Positions 41,137 to 52,532 are shown, counted from the first letter of the stretch. The stretch is 64,000 bases of DNA from Waltera intestinalis (GCA_963628185.1 CAVGEN010000029.1:16088-80087), one strand, 5' to 3'. A program made the numbers and translations. The notes: generated from the sequence alone by a model not told the origin.

Positions 41137-44100
41137 TTAATTAATATGATATGTCATCTTTGGATTACTATCTATATAATGTATCAGTTCTTTGCCCACA
41201 TTTACTGTCTTCTCCTGTGCTCGAAGCAAGATAAACTGATTGCTCTCCACATCATGTATTTGGAAATACAACTGGGTTTTACCCGCCAAGTCTTCTTGCA
41301 TCATCGTATTAAAGTCATTGACCACCGCCTCGTCTATGATGTCACTATCCACAGTAATCGTCAACTTCTCGATACGATTTTCCTTTACCGTCTGCATATA
41401 ATCAATGCTTGAGACCTTGAAATCCAAGAAATTGCTATTGGCGAAACGAGGAGCACACTTCGCTGTAATATACACAGTACATCCCTCCGTGAGCATTCCG
41501 CGCCATTGCCCCCAATCTTCACCAAAAAGAGCCAACTCGCCAGAGCCCTCGAAATCCTCCAAGGTAACGAATCCACATGGTTTTCCTGTCTTGGTAAACT
41601 TCGATTTTACTTCCGTGACTATCCCCCCGAACACCACATCAGCCTTCTTCGCCAAAGCCTCCTTGTCGCCCAATTCAGAACAATGCGTATTACACATGGA
41701 ATGCAGGATGATGCTATAATCATCCAAAGGATGGGCAGAAAGGTAGATACCCACCAACTCACGCTCTTTGTTCAGTCGTTCTATCGTACTCCACGACTCT
41801 CCCTTTGGAATCGGAGGTGTAGCTATCTCTACGGCATCCTCACCACCAAAGAGCGAGGTTACAGCCTCTTGTTGTTCTCGCTGATAAAGCTGTCCATACT
41901 TCACCAAGGTATCCAAGAACATATTGCCCTTGTTACCTTTGGCAAAGAAATCCTCGCGGGGAATACCAAAGCTATCGAAACCTCCGCTCAAAGCCAGGCT
42001 TTCAAAAGCCTTTCTGTTGACATTGGAGAAATCTACACGTTGCGCAAAGTCGAAGATATCCTTGTAAGTCCCATTCTTTTCACGTTCAGCCACGATGGCA
42101 TCTGCGGCAGGTGCACCCATACCCTTGATGGCGGAAAGTCCGAAACGAATTTCTCCATGTTCGTTCACACCGAAAGCACGATAACTCTCGTTGACATCCG
42201 GCCCCAACGTCTTGATGTTCATCGACTGGCATTCCTCCATCAACTTGGTGATTTCGGTAATTTGGGCAAATCGGCGTGTCATCAGCGCAGCCATATACTC
42301 GGCAGGATAATGCGCCTTCATATAGGCGGTTTGGTAAGCCACCCAAGAATAGCAAGTGGCATGAGACTTGTTGAAGGCATAAGAAGCGAACTTCTCCCAG
42401 TCTCCCCAAATCTTTTCCAACACATTCGGGTCGTGCCCATTCTCCTGCCCCTGCTTGATGAACTTAGGTTTCATCGCATCCACGATGTCCTTCTTCTTCT
42501 TACCCATCGCCTTACGCAAGGCATCAGACTCACCTCGGGTAAAGTTGGCGAGCTGTCGGGAAAGAAGCATCACCTGCTCCTGATAAACCGTGATTCCGTA
42601 TGTATCCTTCAAGTACTTCTCCATGCAAGGAATATCATACTCGATAGGCTCCTGCCCATTCTTTCGTGCGATGAACGAAGGGATATAGTCCATAGGACCC
42701 GGCCGATAGAGGGCATTCATGGCTATGAGATCCTCAAACACGGTTGGCTTCAACTCACGCAGATACTTCTGCATACCAGGCGACTCAAACTGGAAAGTAC
42801 CGATGGTTTGTCCACGCTGGTAAAGTTCGTAGGTCAAAGTATCGTCGATAGGAATATGGTCGAGATCGATCTCATCCCCTGTTGTCTGCTTCACAACCTT
42901 GCAAGCCTCCTTCAACTCCGACAGAGTCTTCAAGCCCAGAAAGTCCATCTTGATCAAACCTGTCGATTCAATCACGTGTCCATCATATTGGGTCACAGCA
43001 GTCTTCAAGCCAGGGAAATCCGGGTCATCGGCTGTAGAGACAGGCACCCAGTTGCTTATAGGATCACGACAGATGATAAAACCGCAAGCGTGAATACCCG
43101 TACCACGAATGGTACCCTCCAGCATCTTGGCATACTTGATAGTATTTCTCTCACGATCGTCCATGGAGAACTCCGCCTCCTTCAGCTCTGGGGTATATTT
43201 GATGGCATTGGTCAAGTTCATCTTCGCCCCCTCAGGCAGTCGGTCCGGGATAGCCTTACAGAGAGCATTCGCCTTGTCCAAAGGCAGTTTTTCCACACGA
43301 GCGACATCCTTGATGGAGTTCTTGGTCGCCATAGAACCGTATGTAATGATATGCGCACAGTTCTCATGCCCATACTTGTCCATCACCCAACGAAGCACCT
43401 TGCCTCGGCCATCATCATCGAAGTCGGTATCAATATCAGGAAGGTTGACACGATCGGGATTCAGGAAACGCTCAAACAGCAAGTCGTACTTCAGAGGGTC
43501 TATCTTAGTGATACCCAAGCAATACGCCACGACAGAACCAGCCGCAGAACCACGTCCTGGTCCCACCACGACCCCCAATTCTTCACGAGCTGCACGGATA
43601 AAGTCGGACACGATCAAGAAGTAGCCCGGGAAACCCATGGTCTTCATGACATGCAACTCAAAGTTGACATGTTCATCCACATTCTCCGGCAATGGGGTGC
43701 CATATCTTTCCTTGGCACCTTCGTACGCAAGGTGCTTCAAATACTCTGCCTCAAACTTGATACGATATATCTTGTCGTAACCACCCAGTCGGTCGATGAC
43801 CTTCTGTCCTTCCTCGGGCGGCAACTGGTTCTCGCCATTCTCGTCGGAAGTAAACTCCTTGAAGAGATCTTCCTCCGATACCTTTTGTCGCAGTTGCTCC
43901 TCCGTACCAAACTCCTCAGGAATCGGGAAGAAAGGCATGATAGGTCCATGGTCGATGCTATATATTTCCACCTTATTATATATATCCAAGGTGTTGGACA
44001 ATGCCTCTGGCACATCTGAGAAGATGGCATTCATCTCCTCACGTGTCTTAAACCATTCCTGCTTGGAATAGCGCATACGGTTAGGATCATCCAAGTCCTT

Positions 44101-44847
44101 TCCCGTCGCTATACATAGCAAATGGTCGTGAGCCTCGGCTGTCTCCTTGTCCTCGAAGTGGCAGTCGTTGGTACACACCAGCTTGATGCCATATTCCTTG
44201 GCCATCTCGATAAGCACCTTGTTCGCTTTCTGCTGCAAAGGGAAAGCCTCTCGGTTGGCAAGGATGGAAGGATCGGTCACCTCGTGGCGTTGCAACTCCA
44301 GATAGTAATCATCGCCAAAAACACGATGATACCACTCGCAAGCCTCACGGGCACCCTCGATGTCGTCCTGTATAATCTTCCTTGGCACCTCGCCAGCGAT
44401 ACAAGCCGAACAAACTATCAAGTCTTCATGATATTTCTCCAAGTCGGCACGGTCGGTACGTGGGCGCATATAATATCCATCCACCCACGAATTGCTCACC
44501 AACTTAATCAAGTTCTTATAGCCATTGTAGTTTTTAGCCAAGACTATCAGGTGATAACCACTCATATCACCCTTGTCCTTCTCACGGTCTTCCTTTCGAC
44601 GATGGGCCACATACATCTCACAACCGATGATAGGTTTGAAAGGTTCCAAGCCTTCCTTCTTCCTACCCTTGTTGACCTTGGCACAATAGTCGGTCAACTC
44701 TTTGATGCCAAACATGACACCGTGGTCAGTAACAGCCATACCCTTCATACCATCATTGATAGCCTTATCGACCAGATGCGGAATCTTCGACTGACCATCG
44801 AGGATGGAATACTGTGTATGGACGTGTAAATGTATGAAATCTTCCAT
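41137..44847 (-). CDS. dnaE: DNA polymerase III alpha subunit
   Basis: PHP HLHVHTQYS, GRGSAAGS, PDIDTDF, KMDFLGL, FNKSH; no intein apparent at 1236 aa. Confidence 0.98.
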   Translation of the reverse strand: MEDFIHLHVHTQYSILDGQSKIPHLVDKAINDGMKGMAVTDHGVMFGIKELTDYCAKVNKGRKKEGLEPFKPIIGCEMYVAHRRKEDREKDKGDMSGYHLIVLAKNYNGYKNLIKLVSNSWVDGYYMRPRTDRADLEKYHEDLIVCSACIAGEVPRKIIQDDIEGAREACEWYHRVFGDDYYLELQRHEVTDPSILANREAFPLQQKANKVLIEMAKEYGIKLVCTNDCHFEDKETAEAHDHLLCIATGKDLDDPNRMRYSKQEWFKTREEMNAIFSDVPEALSNTLDIYNKVEIYSIDHGPIMPFFPIPEEFGTEEQLRQKVSEEDLFKEFTSDENGENQLPPEEGQKVIDRLGGYDKIYRIKFEAEYLKHLAYEGAKERYGTPLPENVDEHVNFELHVMKTMGFPGYFLIVSDFIRAAREELGVVVGPGRGSAAGSVVAYCLGITKIDPLKYDLLFERFLNPDRVNLPDIDTDFDDDGRGKVLRWVMDKYGHENCAHIITYGSMATKNSIKDVARVEKLPLDKANALCKAIPDRLPEGAKMNLTNAIKYTPELKEAEFSMDDRERNTIKYAKMLEGTIRGTGIHACGFIICRDPISNWVPVSTADDPDFPGLKTAVTQYDGHVIESTGLIKMDFLGLKTLSELKEACKVVKQTTGDEIDLDHIPIDDTLTYELYQRGQTIGTFQFESPGMQKYLRELKPTVFEDLIAMNALYRPGPMDYIPSFIARKNGQEPIEYDIPCMEKYLKDTYGITVYQEQVMLLSRQLANFTRGESDALRKAMGKKKKDIVDAMKPKFIKQGQENGHDPNVLEKIWGDWEKFASYAFNKSHATCYSWVAYQTAYMKAHYPAEYMAALMTRRFAQITEITKLMEECQSMNIKTLGPDVNESYRAFGVNEHGEIRFGLSAIKGMGAPAADAIVAEREKNGTYKDIFDFAQRVDFSNVNRKAFESLALSGGFDSFGIPREDFFAKGNKGNMFLDTLVKYGQLYQREQQEAVTSLFGGEDAVEIATPPIPKGESWSTIERLNKERELVGIYLSAHPLDDYSIILHSMCNTHCSELGDKEALAKKADVVFGGIVTEVKSKFTKTGKPCGFVTLEDFEGSGELALFGEDWGQWRGMLTEGCTVYITAKCAPRFANSNFLDFKVSSIDYMQTVKENRIEKLTITVDSDIIDEAVVNDFNTMMQEDLAGKTQLYFQIHDVESNQFILLRAQEKTVNVGKELIHYIDSNPKMTYHIN

Positions 44848-44876
44848 TTTTTATGCTAAATACTGATATTTGAGTT

Positions 44877-44956
44877 CAAAGTTACTGCTAAAAGTTGACA
44901 TAACCAAAAGAAATGCTAGAAAAATTTGCGAAAGTGACAAAAATAACGTACCTTTG
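44877..44956. promoter_or_regulatory. Divergent promoters for dnaE (TAACTTTG, minus) and psd (TACCTTTG, plus)
   Basis: TAnnTTTG at 44877-44884 and 44949-44956. Confidence 0.7.
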
Positions 44957-44983
44957 CACTGATAAAAACTTAATATCTCTGTA

Positions 44984-45676
44984 ATGGGACAAAAAATAAA
45001 GAAATTAAAGAAGATTAGATTGCACCGTGAAGGTACTGACCAATTGGTTTACGGCATCATTGCCTTGGTAGCAATAGCGGTGATATTGTGGAACGCCTTT
45101 GACAACAAAATTCCTTTTTGGATATTCTCCCTGGTCTTCGGCGTGGTATATTGCATCGTGCTCAATTTTTACCGATGTCCAATACGTTATCTCAACGTGG
45201 AAGACACCGACAAGTTGGTCGTGGCTCCAGCCGACGGCAAGATTGTGGTCATAGAGGAAGTGGGTCATGCTCCTTACTTCAACGACAGACGATTGATGAT
45301 TTCCATCTTCATGAGCCTTTGGAACGTTCACGCCAACTGGTTTCCTGTGGATGGCAAGGTAAAATTCGTAAAACATGTGGATGGAAACTACCACAAGGCC
45401 TGGCTTCCCAAGGCAAGTGAGGAAAATGAACATGCCGACACGATGATTACCACTCCCGACGGAGTGGATGTGCTATGTCGCCAGATAGCTGGTGCTGTGG
45501 CACGCCGCATCGTCACCTATGCCAAGGACGGCGAGGAATGCTATATCGACGAGCACCTGGGGTTCATCAAGTTGGGTTCACGTGTGGATGTCTATCTTCC
45601 TATTGGCACTGAGGTTTGCGTCAAGATGGGGCAGTCAACCACGGGCGACCAGACCATCATCGCCAAACTGAAATAA
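44984..45676 (+). CDS. psd: Phosphatidylserine decarboxylase proenzyme
   Basis: [21 protein letters not shown] self-cleavage motif. Confidence 0.93.
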   Translation: MGQKIKKLKKIRLHREGTDQLVYGIIALVAIAVILWNAFDNKIPFWIFSLVFGVVYCIVLNFYRCPIRYLNVEDTDKLVVAPADGKIVVIEEVGHAPYFNDRRLMISIFMSLWNVHANWFPVDGKVKFVKHVDGNYHKAWLPKASEENEHADTMITTPDGVDVLCRQIAGAVARRIVTYAKDGEECYIDEHLGFIKLGSRVDVYLPIGTEVCVKMGQSTTGDQTIIAKLK

Positions 45677-45702
45677 ACCAGTTTTTATATCAAACTATAG
45701 TA

Positions 45703-46431
45703 ATGAACATCAAGAAACATATCCCTAATACGATAACATGCTGCAACTTGGTATCTGGCTGCATCGCCACGTCGTATGCCTTTGGAGGTTCACCCAAGAT
45801 GGCTCTCCTTTGGATTATCATAGGTGCCGTGTTTGACTTTTTCGATGGCATGAGTGCCCGTTTGCTCCATGTGTCATCACCTATAGGCAAGGAGTTGGAC
45901 TCCCTCGCAGATGACGTGACTTTCGGCGTAGCCCCCGCCACCATCGTATTCTCAGAGTTAGCCGTATTGGAATATCCTAGCTTCCTTCAACCCTTCTGCG
46001 AATACATTCCCTACTTAGCCTTCATCATCGCTGCATTCTCGGCTTTGAGATTGGCTAAATTCAACTTAGACGAACGCCAGACCACCTCATTCATAGGTAT
46101 GCCTACGCCTGCCAATGCCTTGTTTTGGGGTTCGCTCATCGTCTTCAATCCATTTTGGCTAGAAGGCTACAGTTGGTCCGTATTGGTGATACTCACCTTG
46201 GTATGCATTACAAGTTTCCTGCTCGTTTGCGAGCTACCGATGTTTGCACTGAAGTTCAAGCAATGGTCGTTTAAAGGAAACGAAATCAAATACATCTTCG
46301 CAGCCATCGCCATCGGGTCGATGGTCATATTCACGATAGAAGACGGATTGCTCGGACTGCTGGAAGCATGGTGGTTGATTATCTCCCTATACTTCATTAT
46401 CTCATTAGCTTTGTATATCAGAAACAAATAA
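45703..46431 (+). CDS. pssA: CDP-diacylglycerol--serine O-phosphatidyltransferase
   Basis: DFFDGMSAR...GKELDSLADDVTFG CDP-alcohol motif; start taken at ATG 45703. Confidence 0.93.
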   Translation: MNIKKHIPNTITCCNLVSGCIATSYAFGGSPKMALLWIIIGAVFDFFDGMSARLLHVSSPIGKELDSLADDVTFGVAPATIVFSELAVLEYPSFLQPFCEYIPYLAFIIAAFSALRLAKFNLDERQTTSFIGMPTPANALFWGSLIVFNPFWLEGYSWSVLVILTLVCITSFLLVCELPMFALKFKQWSFKGNEIKYIFAAIAIGSMVIFTIEDGLLGLLEAWWLIISLYFIISLALYIRNK

Positions 46432-46466
46432 AAACTACATTACATAATTTTCCATACTCTAAACAG

Positions 46467-46506
46467 AAAACGGTGACTTCTCGCGAGAAAAGTCACCGTT
46501 ATTTTT
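46467..46506. terminator. Bidirectional terminator between pssA and pyrH
   Basis: AACGGTGACTT/AAGTCACCGTT stem. Confidence 0.85.
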
Positions 46507-46528
46507 ATTATCAGGCATTGGCTTGAAA

Positions 46529-47239
46529 TCAATTATGTACCAACGTACCGATTTCCTCACCATCCATCACTTTCTTCAAGTTGCCCACCACGTCCATGTT
46601 GAACACATAGATAGGCAAGTTGTTCTCCTTACACATGGTCGTAGCCGTCAAGTCCATCACCTTCAAGCCCTTGGTGTAAATCTCATCGTATGTGATATCC
46701 TTAAACTTGGTTGCCGTAGGGTCTTTCTCAGGGTCTGCGGTATAGATGCCATCCACACGAGTACCTTTCAACATCACGTCAGCCTCTATCTCGATACCCC
46801 GGAGAGAAGAACCCGTGTCTGTAGTAAAGTAAGGACTGCCAGTACCAGCAGAGAAGATGCAGATATATCCCTGCTCCATAGCCTCGATAGCCTTCCATTT
46901 GGTGTAGAACTCGCCTATCGGTTCCATACGAATAGCGGTAAGCACCTTGTTTTTCACCCCCAAAGCACCCAGCGCACTACTCAAGGCAAGCGAGTTGATG
47001 ACCGTGGCGCACATTCCCATCTGGTCGCCCTTGACACGGTCGAAACCTTTCTGGCTACCACTCAGTCCACGGAATATATTACCACCACCGATGACGATGC
47101 CTATCTGCACACCCATCTCATACACTTCCTTGATTTGCTTAGCATAATCACTCAGACGCTCTGGGTCGATGCCAAAGCTCTGCTTTCCCATCAAGCTCTC
47201 ACCGCTCAATTTCAGGAGTATTCTTTTAAACTTAGCCAT
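46529..47239 (-). CDS. pyrH: UMP kinase
   Basis: LKLSGE, GGGNIFRG, FTTD, VMDLTA. Confidence 0.98.
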   Translation of the reverse strand: MAKFKRILLKLSGESLMGKQSFGIDPERLSDYAKQIKEVYEMGVQIGIVIGGGNIFRGLSGSQKGFDRVKGDQMGMCATVINSLALSSALGALGVKNKVLTAIRMEPIGEFYTKWKAIEAMEQGYICIFSAGTGSPYFTTDTGSSLRGIEIEADVMLKGTRVDGIYTADPEKDPTATKFKDITYDEIYTKGLKVMDLTATTMCKENNLPIYVFNMDVVGNLKKVMDGEEIGTLVHN

Positions 47240-47263
47240 GAATATTTTATTTATAATTTATAT

Positions 47264-47995
47264 TTACAATTTAAACTTGAGCTCTCCAAAGGCATAGCTC
47301 CTTATCCGTCCCTGCTTGTCGTGGAGGACAAGATGTCCATCGTCCTCCACCTCCACAAAAGCACCGTCGAACTCACCGTCTGCATCCTGGTATTCATGAT
47401 ACCCTTTGCGACGATAGAGCGAGAGATGATAAATGCCCGACACATCTTGATAGTCGGCACGGCGCAACAACTCGTAATATTTCTCGAATGCCTCGATGAT
47501 TTTCGCCAACACCTCTTCCCTATCGACTTCATGACCCAAGATTTGGGCAAGAGAGACAGGATTGGGAGCATCGCTCAGAAACTCCATCTGATTGACGTTG
47601 ACACCTGTACCAAAGATGCAAGTTTTAAGACCTTTCGAGTCAACCGTTGTTTCTATCAGCGTGCCGCTGATTTTCTTGTCGTTCCAATACACATCATTAG
47701 GCCATTTGAGCGTAATGCCATCTACATAGGAATCCAAGGCATCCTTCAGAGCCAAGGCTTCTGCCATAGCCAACACAAACTGGCGGCGCACTGGCACCCA
47801 ACGAGGATGCACCTTGATGCTAAAAAGCAAGTTCTTACCAGCCTCACCCTCCCAAGTATGGGTGCCCTGCCCTTTTCCTGCCGTCTGAAAATCAGCCACG
47901 GCCACGACCATTTCCTCGTCATCCGCCTCACGATAATCCCTCAGATAGCGATTGGTCGAGTCTATCTCTTTCAGTCTTATTATCTTAGTTTTCAT
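47264..47995 (-). CDS. birA: Biotin--[acetyl-CoA-carboxylase] ligase (no HTH)
   Basis: DSTN, QTAGKGQ, KWPND, KISGTLIE; start taken at ATG 47995. Confidence 0.93.
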   Translation of the reverse strand: MKTKIIRLKEIDSTNRYLRDYREADDEEMVVAVADFQTAGKGQGTHTWEGEAGKNLLFSIKVHPRWVPVRRQFVLAMAEALALKDALDSYVDGITLKWPNDVYWNDKKISGTLIETTVDSKGLKTCIFGTGVNVNQMEFLSDAPNPVSLAQILGHEVDREEVLAKIIEAFEKYYELLRRADYQDVSGIYHLSLYRRKGYHEYQDADGEFDGAFVEVEDDGHLVLHDKQGRIRSYAFGELKFKL

Positions 47996-48051
47996 TTCCA
48001 CCTTTATTATATCTACATGATATTTTCCGACAAAACACATCAACTGCCTCT

Positions 48052-48426
48052 TTAAATAAGCAAAGGATTAAAAGCATTCTCAATATGCTCCATTTGTTCC
48101 ACCCGCAAGTTCTTGCCAACGACCGAGACGATGTCAAACCGCAAGTCCAACTGCACATCATGCAACTTGACATAAGCATTTGCCGCAATCGCCAAATTAC
48201 GCATCTTCAACTTATCGACGGCTTCCTCCGGCTCTTGCAAGTCATCGCTTTGCCGTGTTTTCACCTCCACAAAAACCAACGTTTCCTGGCTTTCGGTCAA
48301 AGCAATGATGTCCAAATCACGCTTCCCCACCTTCCAGTCGCGTTCCAAGACCACATACCCTTGACGTTCCAAAAAGCAGGCAGCTTCGTCCTCGCCCCAT
48401 TTGCCGAAATCATTATGTTCTGCCAT
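48052..48426 (-). CDS. YraN (UPF0102) family putative nuclease
   Basis: GKWGEDEA, DLDIIA, FVEVKTR, RFDIV. Confidence 0.92.
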   Translation of the reverse strand: MAEHNDFGKWGEDEAACFLERQGYVVLERDWKVGKRDLDIIALTESQETLVFVEVKTRQSDDLQEPEEAVDKLKMRNLAIAANAYVKLHDVQLDLRFDIVSVVGKNLRVEQMEHIENAFNPLLI

Positions 48427-48524
48427 ATTTTGTATTTTTAATACTTAACTAGTTGCAAAAGTAACATTTTTCCTTCTAACTTCAAACTTTTTTAAGTACT
48501 TTTGTATCCAAAACTTGAAATATA

Positions 48525-48971
48525 ATGGAAGAACAGACAAAGAAAGACGAAGAATTCATGCGCAAGGCACTCTTCGAAGCGCAGCAAGCCTTCGATGAAG
48601 ACGAGATTCCCGTGGGTGCCGTCATCGTATGCCATGACAAGATTATCTCGCGTGCCCACAACCTGACGGAGATGTTGACCGATGTGACCGCCCATGCCGA
48701 GATGCAAGCCATCACGTCGGGAGCCAACATGCTGGGTGGGAAGTATCTGAAAGATTGCACACTCTATGTCACCGTCGAGCCATGCGTCATGTGCGCTGGC
48801 GCTCTAGGATGGGCACAAATATCCCGCATCGTATATGGTGCGACCGACGAGAAAAGGGGATATACAAAATATGCGCCCGACGCACTGCATCCTAAGACCA
48901 CAGTGACATCGGGCGTTTTGGAAGATGAGTGCAAGGCACTCATGCAAGATTTCTTCCAAAGGAAAAGATAA
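48525..48971 (+). CDS. tadA: tRNA adenosine deaminase (TadA-like)
   Basis: AHAE and EPCVMC zinc motifs, PVGAVIV. Confidence 0.9.
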   Translation: MEEQTKKDEEFMRKALFEAQQAFDEDEIPVGAVIVCHDKIISRAHNLTEMLTDVTAHAEMQAITSGANMLGGKYLKDCTLYVTVEPCVMCAGALGWAQISRIVYGATDEKRGYTKYAPDALHPKTTVTSGVLEDECKALMQDFFQRKR

Positions 48972-48993
48972 AGAAGCGCTTACCTTTTTACCT

Positions 48994-49845
48994 TTATTTC
49001 ACGAGCACTACCAAGTACTTGCTGGTGCTCCAAAATATCTGTGGGTTGGTGATACGCAAAGTATATTGCTTGTTGGCGTCACGAACCAGGCTATAGCTGC
49101 TTGACGGGTGGGCGGTCATCAACTTCACAGACTTGGAGTACAACTTGATCTCGGTGATATTGCGAATATCTATCTTGGTGAAGTAGTTCTTGTTGAAGCT
49201 ACCACTCATCACCTTACCATCCTCGATGATATGCTGGCCCTTCAGTTCCTTCTTGGTGCCAAACACATACCACGCAGTGTTCAACTGCTTGTCTTGTGCG
49301 TTGATGGTCTCAGACTTCTGCCTGCTCTCGGTAGTCAAGTTGCTCACGTTGGTATTCAGGTTGTTGACGGTCTCATCCAAGGCAGCAATATGAATATCCT
49401 TGCTATCCAACTCCTCGCGAAGCGTCTGAAGCTGCTTTTCCTTATCCGCCAACTGGGCGGTAAGTTCGTCGATAGTCTTCTTCAGCTGGGTAGCAGCCAA
49501 AGAACTACCCTCCAACTTCTTCTGGAGCTGGGCTATCAACTCCTTGTTCTTCTTCATCTGATTGGCAATAAACTGAATATCTTCCTTCAGTTTCTGCTTG
49601 TTATTAGTACCCTCGCCACTCTTGGCCAAGGCCACGCGATTCTCCGCCTCACTAATCTGACGAATACCTTCCTGCACTTCGTTGAACGTACCCATCAAGT
49701 CATTGATCTCACTGTCTTTCTGAGCAATGATGTCGTTCAACGAATCCGCTTGGTGAATACTAGCCAGGTCGGGGGTATTCTTTCCGTCCTTGCAGCCTGT
49801 TACCAACAAAGCCGCACAACAGGCAATAAAAAAGAGTTTTTTCAT
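48994..49845 (-). CDS. Coiled-coil lipoprotein (resembles Bacteroidales Cbp1-type)
   Basis: Lipobox VTGC, long heptad region, C-terminal beta domain; family name from recall only. Confidence 0.6.
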   Translation of the reverse strand: MKKLFFIACCAALLVTGCKDGKNTPDLASIHQADSLNDIIAQKDSEINDLMGTFNEVQEGIRQISEAENRVALAKSGEGTNNKQKLKEDIQFIANQMKKNKELIAQLQKKLEGSSLAATQLKKTIDELTAQLADKEKQLQTLREELDSKDIHIAALDETVNNLNTNVSNLTTESRQKSETINAQDKQLNTAWYVFGTKKELKGQHIIEDGKVMSGSFNKNYFTKIDIRNITEIKLYSKSVKLMTAHPSSSYSLVRDANKQYTLRITNPQIFWSTSKYLVVLVK

Positions 49846-49862
49846 AATCGTTCTCTCCTTAA

Positions 49863-50603
49863 TTAATTTTGTTTGTTATTCCTTTTACGTTCTTCACGTC
49901 GCTTTTCCTTCATTTCTTCCTTGAGTTGCTTGGAGTCCTTGCCAGCGAGCACGATGACGAACTCGCCCCTTGGCTCCGTCTCCTCAAAGTGGGCTATCAC
50001 CTCTGCCAAGGTACCACGCACGCTCTCCTCATGAATCTTGGAGATTTCACGACAACAGCTCACCTGCCGGTCTTCACCAAAGTTCTCGGCAAACTGCTGG
50101 AGCGTCTTCACCACCCGATAAGGCGACTCATAGAATATCATCGTGCGCGTCTCGTTCTGCAAAGACTCCAAGTATGTCTGCCGCCCTTTTTTCTGAGGAA
50201 TGAAACCCTCGAAACAGAAGCGGTCGCAAGGCAAGCCCGACGACACGATGGCAGGGATGCAAGCCGTCGGACCAGGCAAAGTCTGTACTGTAATGCCAGC
50301 CTTTGCCGCCTCACGAGCCAGATAGAACCCGGGGTCGCTGATGCCCGGAGTGCCCGCATCGCTGATAAGGGCGATTGTCTCCCCCGCCTTCAAGCGGTCG
50401 ATAACCGAGGCTGTAGTGCCATGTTCATTAAACTTATGATGCGCCATCAAACGATTTTTGATGTCGAAATGCTTCAATAGGACGCTCGAAGTTCGAGTGT
50501 CCTCGGCGAGCACCAAATCAGCCTCTTTCAGAACCCTGATGGCCCGCATTGTCATGTCCTCCATGTTGCCAACTGGAGTCGGTACGATATATAATATGCC
50601 CAT
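49863..50603 (-). CDS. rsmI: 16S rRNA (cytidine1402-2'-O)-methyltransferase
   Basis: TPVGNMED, AEDTR, SDAGTPGISDPG, YESPYR. Confidence 0.97.
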   Translation of the reverse strand: MGILYIVPTPVGNMEDMTMRAIRVLKEADLVLAEDTRTSSVLLKHFDIKNRLMAHHKFNEHGTTASVIDRLKAGETIALISDAGTPGISDPGFYLAREAAKAGITVQTLPGPTACIPAIVSSGLPCDRFCFEGFIPQKKGRQTYLESLQNETRTMIFYESPYRVVKTLQQFAENFGEDRQVSCCREISKIHEESVRGTLAEVIAHFEETEPRGEFVIVLAGKDSKQLKEEMKEKRREERKRNNKQN

Positions 50604-50698
50604 ACAGCGTACAAATGTAGTTAATTAATCTTTCTAATCAAAAAAAAAACGATTTTCTTTGCATTTTTTAAAACCTTATTGCTAATTTTGTGCCCGAA

Positions 50699-51280
50699 AT
50701 GACAGAAAATCTAATTGGGGAGACACACCGTCCCGGCAGAATCGAAGTGGTGTGCGGTTCCATGTTCTCTGGAAAAACCGAGGAACTGATCCGAAGAATG
50801 AAGCGAGCGAAGTTCGCCAAGCAGAAGGTGGAAATCTTCAAACCTTCCATCGACACTCGCTACTCTGAAGAGGATGTCGTGAGCCATGATCAGAACTCCA
50901 TCCGATCAACTCCGATTGAGTCTTCCGGGGTATTGTTGTTATTGGCTTCCGACATCGATGTGGTCGGTATCGACGAAGCTCAGTTCTTTGACAATGGTCT
51001 TGTCGAGGTATGCAACGAGTTGGCCAACCGTGGCGTCCGTGTCATCGTGGCAGGACTCGACATGGACTTCAAGGGCATCCCTTTCGGACCGATTCCTGCC
51101 CTGTGCGCCATCGCCGACGAGGTAACCAAGGTACACGCCATCTGCGTTAGATGTGGCGCATTGGCATACGTGAGCCATCGTCTGGTGCGCAACGACCGAA
51201 GAGTGCTTCTTGGCGAAAAGGACGAGTACGAGCCTTTGTGCCGAGAGTGCTACCAAAAGGCTGTATTAAGTGAAAAATGA
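50699..51280 (+). CDS. tdk: Thymidine kinase
   Basis: [24 protein letters not shown]...CREC zinc site. Confidence 0.97.
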   Translation: MTENLIGETHRPGRIEVVCGSMFSGKTEELIRRMKRAKFAKQKVEIFKPSIDTRYSEEDVVSHDQNSIRSTPIESSGVLLLLASDIDVVGIDEAQFFDNGLVEVCNELANRGVRVIVAGLDMDFKGIPFGPIPALCAIADEVTKVHAICVRCGALAYVSHRLVRNDRRVLLGEKDEYEPLCRECYQKAVLSEK

Positions 51281-51281
51281 A

Positions 51282-52418
51282 ATGAGCAAAGAGATTACAT
51301 TTGATAAATTCATCCGTTGGGCAGGCATCGCCGTCATTGTTTTGGCGGTGCTTTATGTCGTCAACTATCTGAGTGGCGTACTCCTGCCATTCTTCATCGC
51401 TTGGTTCTTCGCCTACCTGCTCTACCCCGTGGTGAAGTTCATCGAGAACAAGTTGCATATCAAGATGCGGGCGGTGTCCATTCTCATCGCCATGCTACTG
51501 ACCGTTTGCGTGATTGGCGGTGTCATTTGGCTGATTATTCCTCCGATGATCGACCAGTTCGACAAGTTGGGCGAGGTGTTGACCAGATGGTTGCACCAAA
51601 CTACCCATACCAACAACCTCACGGCAGTCATCAAGGAATGGCTGCAAGACAACCAGGCGCAGGTGGAACATTTTCTGAAGAGCAAGGACTTCTCCGATGC
51701 CTTGAAGACTGCCATGCCCAAAGTTTTCTCCGTGGTGGGACAGACGGCAAGCATCATTCTCAGCATCGTAGCCTCGATGATTACCTTATTATATATGTTC
51801 TTCATCCTCTACGACTACGAGACCCTGACCGCCAACTGGGTTCGCATCTTCCCGAAGAAGAACCGTCCCTTCTGGCAAGAACTGATGAAGGATGTAGAAA
51901 GAGAGCTCAACAACTATATACGTGGACAAGGTATGGTGGCACTCTGCATGGGCATCATGTTCTGCATCGGCTTCACCATCATCGGTTTCCCGATGGCAAT
52001 CGGACTTGGCATCTTGATAGGCATCATGGACTTGGTGCCTTACCTCCATACTTTCGCCCTCATCCCGACGGCATTCCTTGCCATGCTCAAGGCGGCTGAC
52101 ACGGGGCAGAACTTCTGGTTGGTCTTCGGATTGGCATTCCTGGTGTTCTGTGTCGTGCAGGTCATCACCGACATGATTGTCACTCCTAAGATTATGGGCA
52201 AGGCGATGGGGCTGAACCCAGCCATCTTGCTTCTGAGCCTTTCCGTATGGGGAGCCTTGCTAGGATTCATCGGCTTGATAGTCGCCCTTCCACTCACCAC
52301 CCTTCTCATCGCTTATTGGCAGAGATACGTGACGAAGGAAAAGCCGCAATACGACACTTCGCAAAATGCTGAAGACATCGCAAAAGAGCTAAAAACGATT
52401 GCTCAGACAAGCAAATAA
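51282..52418 (+). CDS. AI-2E family transporter
   Basis: PFFIAWFFAYLLYP, TPKIMGKAMGLNP, GLIVALP. Confidence 0.9.
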   Translation: MSKEITFDKFIRWAGIAVIVLAVLYVVNYLSGVLLPFFIAWFFAYLLYPVVKFIENKLHIKMRAVSILIAMLLTVCVIGGVIWLIIPPMIDQFDKLGEVLTRWLHQTTHTNNLTAVIKEWLQDNQAQVEHFLKSKDFSDALKTAMPKVFSVVGQTASIILSIVASMITLLYMFFILYDYETLTANWVRIFPKKNRPFWQELMKDVERELNNYIRGQGMVALCMGIMFCIGFTIIGFPMAIGLGILIGIMDLVPYLHTFALIPTAFLAMLKAADTGQNFWLVFGLAFLVFCVVQVITDMIVTPKIMGKAMGLNPAILLLSLSVWGALLGFIGLIVALPLTTLLIAYWQRYVTKEKPQYDTSQNAEDIAKELKTIAQTSK

Positions 52419-52532
52419 CTCACTTTTTCGCTTGTTTTTCAATAAAAAAAGCAAAAACATGACATTTTTTTTGGTAGTATCAGAAAAATGTCGTACCTTT
52501 GCACTCGCTTTTGAAACATAAAGTGGGAGATT

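Noticed and set aside
41506..44019. 837-aa plus-strand ORF
   Set aside because: Antisense shadow of dnaE; no recognisable motifs, explained by codon bias of the real gene.
46523..48055. 510-aa plus-strand ORF spanning pyrH and birA
   Set aside because: Antisense to two well-supported genes, with non-protein-like composition.
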